From a virus (Duplodnaviria; Caudoviricetes): a stretch of DNA of 64,000 nt. The stretch spans positions 32,001 through 96,000 of IMG/VR virus record IMGVR_UViG_3300011832_000001. One strand, 5' to 3'. The notes below the pieces were generated by a model. That model was given only the letters and a program-made list of their open reading frames with translations. It did not search any database and had not been told where the DNA came from. A program made the translations under genes and the position numbers. This document shows, one piece after another, positions 20,401-29,500 of this stretch (its first letter is position 1; each line of letters starts with the position of its first letter).

Positions 20401-22740
20401 CATTTCAATACCCACATCAGCGTTAAGTGTAATCTGTCTCATTCCTGCACCATCGATTCTAACACCGTCAGCAGAATCCAAATAAACACCTTGACCTGAG
20501 ATTTCAGCATTAACAATTCTCATGTTGACCATAGAGAAATCTTTAGCTGTAAAGTTACCTTCAATATCAGCAGAGAAGACATTCTCCCAACCATTGCTAG
20601 TTGATTTTTGAATTACTAATCCATCTTCTTGTGTAAGATAGACCTTATTAGTAGAACCTCTGAATAAAAGAATACCATATCTATCTGCTTCACCGACTTC
20701 ATTAGCTTCTTCTACAAGACCTAACTTCATAACCATGTTTCCGTCAGAATCAGATACGATTCCTTTATTGCCTACAAATTGCAAAATTCCATCGGCATCT
20801 CCGATTGTTAGGTTTTGACCTGTAATAATTTGACCGTAGAGCCTTTCAGCAATGACACCTTCACTTGTAATCGCACTCTTCCAACTCTTACCACCATCTT
20901 TTGTGATGGCTAATAGTCCATTTAATAATACCAAATATGTGTTGTCGGGGTCATCAGGGTCACGAGATAAAATACCTCTATCTGAGATTTCAATACTAGA
21001 GAATACACCACTTGTGATTTTATTTTTAGTAGCATCCCAAACATTATTTAAGATTGCATTGACTTTATCATTGGCATCTTTACCCTTAGACCAAGCATCT
21101 TTATTTACCTGAATTGAATTCGAAGCTGTGTTAGCTTTATACATCAATTCTAAGAAAGCATCCTTTTTAGAGTTCGCTCTTGAAATATTTGTAATATTTA
21201 CTTTAATATTACCTTCTTCAAACTCATATGTCACCTCATTAATGTGAGCATAAACATCCAAATCAATTTCAGGAGAAACAATTCTAATTTTATCTCCAAG
21301 TTTTAATCTATCCCAATCTCTCTGAGCTTCAATTAATTCTAAGATATTTAACATATCAATAGATACGTCAATTTTAGGCTCTTTCAATCTTTCGAATTCT
21401 TTAATACCTTCTTCTAATAAATCTCTATCATCAATGATAGCATCATTAGAGTAATCTTTTTTAATGATGAAGTTCGCACGTTCATCTAATAGCTCTTGTG
21501 AGAAGTTATTTGTAATTAACATTTCTTCCTTTAGAAGACCCATTAATCCACCCTCAGAACCATATTGGATAAATTTATCTGTAAGATAACTCTCTCCTGC
21601 AATTTCTGCAATTCTTTCTTTTCTAGATTCTATATATGACTCTAAATTAGAAATAGCTAGTTCTAATTCATCTCTTTTTTCATTAAGTTCATAATTCGGC
21701 TCTCCATTATTTGCCGTTAGCCAAATATCAATAGAGTTCTTAGTAACATTCAATTCTGTTTTTAAGTCATTTAGCTCAATTATTTTCGGAATAAGCTCTA
21801 GTTCAATCGCTTCAATTTCATCTAAGTATTCTCTGAATAATTCTCCTTTTGAATGAACTAATTGAGAATATTTTAAAAGAGCTAACGCTAATTCATCAGA
21901 CATAAATTTAGAGCTAGAAATAACTCTATTGGCTTGAAAATCATATTCAAAACCTTGAAGGAAATAAGAAAAGTCTTCAATATAATTAGCACCCGTAGGA
22001 CTGATTCTATTAATTGTTAAACCATCAGACCCATAAAGAGCTAATTGAGTAACCATAGCAAGAGCATCTTCTGTCTTAGTTGCTTGCACTAGATAATTAT
22101 CATGACTTAAAACTAATTTATCTTCACGACCATAATTCTCTTTTGCATACATATTGACTTTAGATTGTTGAGTGTCAAATTCAATTATGGCTTCAAATTT
22201 ATTCGCTAATTCATAAATAGCTTGCAAAAGATTTCCTGCATCGAATTCAAAACTTCTGAACTTAGCATCTAAGTCTCCATCTACATATCCTTTAGTCCAA
22301 TATGTTTCAGATGAGCTACTAATTAATATGTCTAAATAATCAGAAAGTATTCTAGGCTGTTCACTAGAGTAACCTCTAATAGCAACTCCTGACATTTGAT
22401 TTGCTGTAGAATAAGCTTTGAATGAATGGTCATCCCCACCTGCATCTGTCTTAGTGCTAGGAGTTGATAAAATAAACCATTCTACTCTTTCACCCAATTC
22501 CATTTTAATTAGCATCATAACACCTATTTTATCTATGTTAGGATTTTTAATCATGTCGCCATTTTTTTCAATATAGTATGGAAGTGAAAAATCCAATTCA
22601 AAAACCTTCTCAGAAGCTTCATTAAAGATTATATTCTTAGCTTCCGACAATCTTGTGATGGTCTTTCTATCAGACCTTGCAAGATATAAGACAGGCTCTA
22701 TTGGTTTTAAATTCCAATTAATATCTCCCATTCTATTCAT
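17470..22740 (-). CDS. Large baseplate hub / tail spike (Tal-like)
   Basis: Follows Dit; T.L..YGSDGLTI motif, coiled coils, CBM-like C-terminal domains; likely ATG 22740. Confidence 0.8.
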   Translation of the reverse strand: MNRMGDINWNLKPIEPVLYLARSDRKTITRLSEAKNIIFNEASEKVFELDFSLPYYIEKNGDMIKNPNIDKIGVMMLIKMELGERVEWFILSTPSTKTDAGGDDHSFKAYSTANQMSGVAIRGYSSEQPRILSDYLDILISSSSETYWTKGYVDGDLDAKFRSFEFDAGNLLQAIYELANKFEAIIEFDTQQSKVNMYAKENYGREDKLVLSHDNYLVQATKTEDALAMVTQLALYGSDGLTINRISPTGANYIEDFSYFLQGFEYDFQANRVISSSKFMSDELALALLKYSQLVHSKGELFREYLDEIEAIELELIPKIIELNDLKTELNVTKNSIDIWLTANNGEPNYELNEKRDELELAISNLESYIESRKERIAEIAGESYLTDKFIQYGSEGGLMGLLKEEMLITNNFSQELLDERANFIIKKDYSNDAIIDDRDLLEEGIKEFERLKEPKIDVSIDMLNILELIEAQRDWDRLKLGDKIRIVSPEIDLDVYAHINEVTYEFEEGNIKVNITNISRANSKKDAFLELMYKANTASNSIQVNKDAWSKGKDANDKVNAILNNVWDATKNKITSGVFSSIEISDRGILSRDPDDPDNTYLVLLNGLLAITKDGGKSWKSAITSEGVIAERLYGQIITGQNLTIGDADGILQFVGNKGIVSDSDGNMVMKLGLVEEANEVGEADRYGILLFRGSTNKVYLTQEDGLVIQKSTSNGWENVFSADIEGNFTAKDFSMVNMRIVNAEISGQGVYLDSADGVRIDGAGMRQITLNADVGIEMLNIVGDRVFFLDSNGNLNVRGINIISGALAGRDVETIGQSIDDLEVALIDVETYIDGAFKDSVISESEAKIIANHIETLNNEKADIDAHYTTIYSDTNLEGTPKTDLFASKTEYDSKHSALVTAIENAIADGSVTPAEKTNVDNKFNEYRTALSDISSKLEVAKKAITNKVVEPVDLKATTALDTANSASQDASDALTTANGLDSRVTTVEATATDAFANAENALTIAGNAETLANDAITQSSGFGDRITDVETEVDTLSGSITDKVSSVVIDTVNNRGRFLDLMNQSITGAHTGYLIIQTGITMTNQMTNLNITGYNNSTADNNIVDIDVSFYAKSDNSFANYSYVNKGSLDPIEVRLGIVSSKVVIILGANTKTWNSTNLLVPRMQVTNGIPLSSFKDGWTLTTATSLASISSLTKLSLGNFISGVNQLTNSSFNSYTTASLTGTRVLRDWEGGDSDFVILDPESNNPYSHILNIVKTGLASDANVGILSKAIPIIEPSGKTYVLSFDIKISSLASLSSTDVVMKIQTFADENDSTTPIDTYQITKQNLIDKGITDGNWFRYVYKINDLTSNKFLRVIPFITRNGDIKYRNLMFEEATQASTWNPSPSDNMGLIFRIKEAEEKITDDAILSTVRSSDLYKSDFDSYVSNDALSGYGFSTSDDLESGLNGLDATLKQIISDEISAVKTEYSSVNQTARDITLSVSSGGGRNRLINSVGWAGVSAGWTQDILTGGSVNTRQDETSSPSEMGELEMIGSGSSWILVNSSITQRVKTPVVKQVKDPITDTLVNESASYTVSLLLKKSSASSPFKIQVSHDDGSTYVDLATSDSDDYSWRMISGTFTALSEYTRVRLVSTGSTGQSELTNVMLNDGETPLQWSNHPSELYSTNARFDRFGMVISNNTTQNYTKITTEEFAGYAPVNGVMTKIFTLNGTTTEVNSLDAVEFLSVGTIKMQRINSGGRKGVAFLPIEDDDA

Positions 22741-22759
22741 TCGTATACCCCTTTTCTCC

Positions 22760-22793
22760 AAAAAAATAAGCCTAGATTTTTACGTCTAGGCTA
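22760..22793 (-). terminator. Intrinsic terminator
   Basis: AGCCTAGA...TCTAGGCT followed by a U tract on -. Confidence 0.65.
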
Positions 22794-22801
22794 TTTTAAT
22801 T

Positions 22802-23572
22802 TTATAAGAATTTCTCTCGATACCTTATATTAATTTCACATTCACCTTCGACACTGAACTCATTGTCTCCCAAATCTAATGCGAACCAATGATTGTTGAA
22901 ATCATCATATCTAGACACAACAAACTGATTATCAGTATCGATATATTTGTTAATTCCGTCAATGTAGACCGTTTCATCTAAGTCAAGTTGTCGAATTTCC
23001 ATAACATCTCCATTTCTTAGATTTGTTATTTTTACTCCTCCACTTTGATTAGTTTTCTTAATCCACATCTCTATTGGGATTTTCTTATCCCCTCTATTAT
23101 TTATAACGAAACTAGGTGAATTTTCCAAATTATTATCATTTATTACTTTTAAAACTTTGTAATTTCCATACATATATGGGGAATTACTTACCATAGTTAC
23201 AGTCAAATATCCATACATTCCCGTATGTGTAATCTTAGTTTCACCCTCAGGCATACAGTAAATCACACGACCTTCTTTGTCGTCTACGAATTGTAATGGT
23301 TTATAATATTCAACATCTAACCATTGTTTTAGAATTCTTTCTCTATCAGATGTTATGATTCCATCGATAACAAAAGTCATCTGAAACTTCCTAACACCTC
23401 TATCCAATCTTTTAAAATAAACATCACTTCTATTTCTTACTTTTTCAGTGATTACTTCTCTAGATGGTAGGAACTCTTCTTCATACATAGATGAGTCCAT
23501 AGACGCATGGAGAACCCCCATACGTCTACTTTCAACCTCATCATATATGAAATTAATAAAATGTTTTATCAT
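22802..23572 (-). CDS. Distal tail protein (Dit)
   Basis: Directly after tape measure; WL..YKPL.F, SPY.Y, L.LG.N motifs. Confidence 0.8.
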   Translation of the reverse strand: MIKHFINFIYDEVESRRMGVLHASMDSSMYEEEFLPSREVITEKVRNRSDVYFKRLDRGVRKFQMTFVIDGIITSDRERILKQWLDVEYYKPLQFVDDKEGRVIYCMPEGETKITHTGMYGYLTVTMVSNSPYMYGNYKVLKVINDNNLENSPSFVINNRGDKKIPIEMWIKKTNQSGGVKITNLRNGDVMEIRQLDLDETVYIDGINKYIDTDNQFVVSRYDDFNNHWFALDLGDNEFSVEGECEINIRYREKFL

Positions 23573-23592
23573 ATTATCCCTTTCACTCCTTA

Positions 23593-26500
23593 TTAAATTC
23601 CAATTCCATATTTCTTTTGCAACTCTATCATAATCTTCTCAATAATGTCAGGAACATTTGTTGAGTCTGTTACGTTAGGGAATGAAAGTGAAATATCACC
23701 GAATTGGTTTACAGAACCTGCATTTGCAACAACATTAGAAGCACCTGCTGTACTCAAACTAACCATAGATGTTGGGTTAATCATGTTAGGAACTACATCG
23801 ATAGGTGTACTACCTTTGTTTCCATCAGTTGACTTACTAATCTCTGCCAATAGTTTTTCCATATCAGCCAAGTTTCTAAGGATGTTGTTTTGTAGAATAT
23901 TTCCTAGATTTGCAAGAGTATCGCTAATTGATGTTCCTAGATTCTTAAAGTCATCAGGGAATCCTCCAAGTAGTTCTTTGAACGCATCAGAAGCTCCTGA
24001 GTTTAATTTCTCTAGATATTCATTTACAGTTGTGAAGTTTCCTTCCAACATTTCTTTTTGCATTTTGTTCCATTCGATTTGATGGTTTGCAATATCGTCA
24101 TAGTATTTATTGATTGCTTCACGTTTTTCATCTAGAGTTTCATTGAATTTCTCCATTTCATCATCTAGAGCTTCACGTTGAGCTTCTATGCTCTTACGAA
24201 GTTCTTCTAAATACTTGTTCTCTCTTTCAACTGCATCATCGAATTGTTCATTTGCAACATCTCTGCCATCCTCAATTCCTTCAATCTGTTTATCGAAGTC
24301 CCATTCACTTTGTGTTTCAGAAATTTGTTCTTGTAAATCTTTAAGTTCTTTCATCAGTTCTTCTCTACGTTTCTTAGCTTCGAATGAGTCATCTAAAGCC
24401 AAGATGGAGATTTTGTTTTTAAGTTCTGCTTCTTGTTCATACAGTTTAGTCATAGACTTCTGATGATTCTCTGCTTCACGTTCACGGTTCATGCCTTTGA
24501 TTCTATCATCAATCATTTTGTTGTAAGATTCACGTTGTTTTTCTATTGTTTCAATTCGTTTTTGACCTGCTTCTTCTTCTTTCTCAAGTAGTTCATCAAG
24601 TCTTTCAAGTTCTTTTCTATATTCTTTCTCTTTAGCTTTAGAAGCGTCATCAAGGGCTTTTAACTCAGCATCTCGCATAGATTCAAACATATCTTTCATA
24701 GATTCCACAATAGAAGCTGAAACTTCTTTCTGAGCATCTTTCAATGCCTGTTGGTTATCATAGATAGCATCTGTTAAATCTTTAACTGCTTCCTGTGAAT
24801 CAATCCATTTCTGTCTTAATTCCTCATAAGCTTCTGTTCCCCATTTAAGGTTTTTAAGTTGCTTGTAATATTCATCAGACATTTGTTGCTGTAGTTTTAA
24901 TTGAGCTTTAAGAGCCGTATCTTTGTTTCCAATTAAAGGTGTTAACTCGCTAAGGTATTTTAGGTTATCATCTTTATCTATTCTAGAAATAGAAGTATCA
25001 TATGAGCGAAGTCTGTTTGATTGTACTCTCATAGCATCAGCCATACTTCTGTCGAATTCAGCGATTCTTGATTGCACTAATTGTACAGCAACTTCTTTCA
25101 ATTGATTTTCATATTCCTGAACTTTAAGTCTAGATGCTTTAATCATTGCTTGGATTTGTGATTTCTGTTCATAGCTATATCTTCCTGATTTAGCATACTC
25201 TCTTTCAAGATATGCCAATCTGTTTTGTTCTTCTTTTAAAGATGCTCTTGTCATGTTGTTAGATTTGCCCATGTTATCTCTATATAGCTTAGTCCAATTA
25301 GCATAACCCTGAGTTTTTCCTTGATAGAATTGGGCATTTGAATCATTGATTCCTTGACGGTAATCATATAGAGCCATATTCCCATTCAACCAATTGAACC
25401 ACTCAGTATAGATTGCTCTACTTGTTTCTTCCATTTGAACTCTAAGCTCATCAATCTTATCATCTAAGAATGATTTCATAGCTCCTGATAAATCTTTTCT
25501 TCTTCTTTGTTTCATTAAAGCATTCATAGCTTTTTGTTGTTCGTTGAAAGTTGTTCTTGTGGCATTAATGATATTACTTTGAAGTCTATCCCATGCGTTA
25601 CCACCTGTTTGATAAATCTCTTGTAATCCACGTTTTCTCTCAACTACTGCTTGACTTTTAGAAATTCTTCTATCCAAGTCCTCAGCCAATGATTGTAACC
25701 AATCCATCATAAGTTGGTCTAGTTCTGCTTGTTTTTGGTAGATAGCTTGCTGTTGACCTTCAACATCCATTTTAGCATCGTGAAAAGCTTGAGCTGTATT
25801 AGCTTTTTCTTGAGCACCGTCACCTGTATAAGTTCCTGCGCCAACTTGCACTCCACCGCCACCTGTGGTATAATTGAATGTTTTCTGTTTTGTTCTAGCT
25901 TTATTTGCAAATCCTGTAGGGTCTACTAGGTTCTGACCCCAACGACCAAGTTTAGAGCGAACTTCATAGTGAAGGTGAGAACCGTCTCCTCCACCACTAG
26001 CGACTACATTACCTGTATTACCGATGACACCAATTTTTTGACCTACTCCTACTTTTTGTCCTTTCTTAACAGAAATTCCATCCAAGTGAGCATAGATATG
26101 ATAGTAGCTACCTGCTTTGATAACAATTGTCTTACCATACTGAGAAGGAATACCGATAGAATTATTAGCTCCACCTGCATGAACAACTGTTCCATTGACA
26201 TTAGAATCAAGTCTTTGACCTTTATATCCATCGATGTCAACAGCTTCATGTCTACCGTAAGAACGTCTTTGTCCAAACGAAGCTGTTCTTGCTCCACCCC
26301 AACCTTCGGGAACACGGAATCCTGTTCCTATAGTGTCTCCATTGGAGATTTTGACAGTACCGCTAGTAGTACCTTTCTTAATTTGAGAAAGCATAGAACT
26401 TACACCTTTAGTCCAATTGTTATTTAGACCTTTAGGGTCATTTGTAGCACCAACTGTTGGAGCATATTTTTTCTGAATTTGAGCAATTGTTTTTAATCCT

Positions 26501-29500
26501 TGTGAGATATAATTCTTTTGAAGGTTTCTAATCATAGACTCAATACCTTGTTCGATTGAATCAAATGTGAAGAATGTTCTATTTCTAGAATCATACATTC
26601 CACCGACATTGTTTTTAGTTCTTAGAAGATTTGATGTTCCTCGACCTGTTTCCCACTGAGCAATAGCCATAGCCAATGCAGGGTCAACACCATACTTTTT
26701 ACCATACTTAGAGAACATACTTTCAGTTCCTGCTAGTTTTCCACCTAAGACACCTTTGTAGCTAGTATATGAACTAGAAGATGATGAAGAACTCATACCT
26801 GCTGAACTTGTATATCCTGTATCTGAAACACCATAGTTAACAAGTTTTCCTGTTTTGATTTGCTTTTGCATTTCATTTCTTTGGTCAACCATAAGTTTTA
26901 ATTCTTGTTTCAATAACTTAATTCTTGTTTCGATAGTCTTTCTGTAGCCTAAACTATGACTAGCATATCTAGACATTTGTTTATTCATTTTCTCTTGTGT
27001 TGTGTTGATTCTTTCAAGAGCTAATTGATATTTATTAGCTACGAAAGTTGCTCTTTCCATTTCTTTTTCAGCTTTATCCATAGCTTCCTGACGAGCTTCC
27101 GATGCTTCTTGCATCTTCTTATCTGATAATGCTTGACCATCTCTTAATTGAATATTAAATTCAGAAGAAGCTCTAGATTGAAGTTGAGCGACCTTAGCAA
27201 TTTGAGCATCAATATTTCCTGAGACCTCTCTTGCTTGATTGAAAGCCTTTTGACCTCTTACTGCATACTCTTCCCAATTCTCATTATCTGCTTCAATCAT
27301 TTGCTGAGCTGTGTTTACATAAGTTTTAAGAGCTTGAAGCTTAGCATTCATTGCTTCTAGAACCGCACTCGCATTTTCAAGTTCTGTCTTTGTAAGTTTT
27401 TGGCTCGCTGACATAGAAGCATTTGTATATTGCTGTTCAATTTGCCATAGGACATCATGAGCATCTTTAACAGCCATTAGAGCATTTACACGCTTGTACT
27501 GTTCATCTCTTGTGAATCCTTCTGCAATACCCAATTGTTCTGTAACATCTGCCAATTGAAGTCTTTGACTAGCGCTAAGTTCTTCCGCATTGATTAATTC
27601 ATAATACTGTTCAGCCAATTCTTCAAGTTTTAATCTTTGTTCCTGAGTGCCATTAATCATAGTATTCATTAACGCATCATAAAGCTCTCCTTGTTTAACA
27701 GCTCTATCCATAACCTCAGAAGTTATTTCTACCGCATCTGCGTATTCTTGAACCGATTCAACTTGTTCAGGGTCAATTCCTGATGCCTGTAATTTATTAG
27801 CCCAATCCATAGGAATATCATTCATCTTCTCAATTGTGCTAGAAAGAACTTGATATTCAATTTTCTCTTCTTTTGTTGCTTTTTTACTAGATATTTTTTG
27901 TTGCAGTTCTTGTCTTCTCATTATAGCTTGTTTCTTAGCTAAGTCTAGATTTTCTTTCATTGCATTTCTTTCTGCATTTGAAGAAGATAGGAATTTCTCT
28001 GCTGAGAAATCTTCATTGCTAAGAGATGAAATTTGATTGATTATATTCTCAATTAAAGCAGAGTTATCAGCCAAAGCGTTTGTTTTTTCTTTCTCTAAAT
28101 CAAGAGAAGCAAAAGCATTTGCAACGACACTTTGCATATTAGAATCCATTTCTTGATACGCCTGTGAAGTCTGAACTGTATTTACCAATCTTGTTCTAGC
28201 TAGGTTTAATTGTTGGTCTTCAAGATTTTTTCTTCTGTTTTCCAACATAGTAATTTCTGCAATTTGTTGTTTTGTTTCTTTATAAGCTCCCGTAGCCTGT
28301 TTTACATTATCTGAGCTTACTCCCGTAATTCCTGTAGATACCTTTTTATCTCCACTACTACCGTTTTCTTTTCTTGTTTCGTTTCTAAGTTCAATTTCTT
28401 CTTTTTTGTTTCTTTCGATTTCTTTAGTTAAGGCTTTATAAGAATCAGCTAATTCTTCATTTTCTTCCATTTTTTTGTAAAGAGCCATATCTCTAGCTAA
28501 TTCTAATGATGCTTTCATAGCTTCATTATTAGCTAAGATTGCACGACCTTCTGAGTCATGTCCAATTACTAATGAAGGGAATAATTGAGCCAATCTTTCT
28601 TTAGCTTCTGCAAGCTTTTTAGTTTGTTCTGTGCTTAGGTTTTCTTGTTCGCTAAGTTCATAATAAACATCAGTTGCGACTTTTACCTCACCTGCGTTTT
28701 GATTCAATGTTTGAGCCATTGCACCCATAGTGTTGTTGAACTCTTCTACTTTTTGTTTTGCTTCTGAGCTTTTTCTCATTAACCATTCAAATCCGAAGCT
28801 AATAGCACCAAGAGCTATCCCAACACCCAATGCAGATGCTAGACCTGTGAATGCACTTCTAAGACCTGCTAGAGCTAGCGTTGCTCCTTGTGAAGCTTTT
28901 GTCAATTTACCCATAGTTGTTGTTGTTTGTCCTAAGTTATTAGTTGTTTCACGAGAAACGACTAAACCTCCACCCGAAACATTTCCGAATCTAGAAGGAA
29001 GTTCTCTTTGAACATTTGCTTTTTGACCTGTAGCTACAGTTTTAGTTCCACCAACAAGTGTACCTTGAGCTGTGGCTTCCATAGCTTTCATAGTGTTTAG
29101 ATTCTGAACTAAGACACCTTGTGCTCCTTTTAGTTTTGCAATCCACTGACTCGTAAGACCGACAAGACCTGAGAAACTTAAAACTGTCTTATTAGAAATC
29201 TGCCACCAAACAGCTAATAATGCACCAATTGGAGCGATAATTGTAGGAAGTAGCCCAACAGTATCAACTATTTTAGAGAACCCTTTAATTAAGTCTCCTA
29301 CGATTTCAACCGCATTAATAAAAGCAGGTGTCAAGAAAGCATCTCCTAAAACAAGAGACATTTCAGTAAATAGGTTTTTCAATCTATTTTGACGAGCTTC
29401 TAGAGATTTTTGATAGTTGATATTCTCGTTAATTGCAGAACCGTATGAATTCATAGATGCTTCTACAGCACTTACTGCTTCATCTTGTTGTTGCATTAGA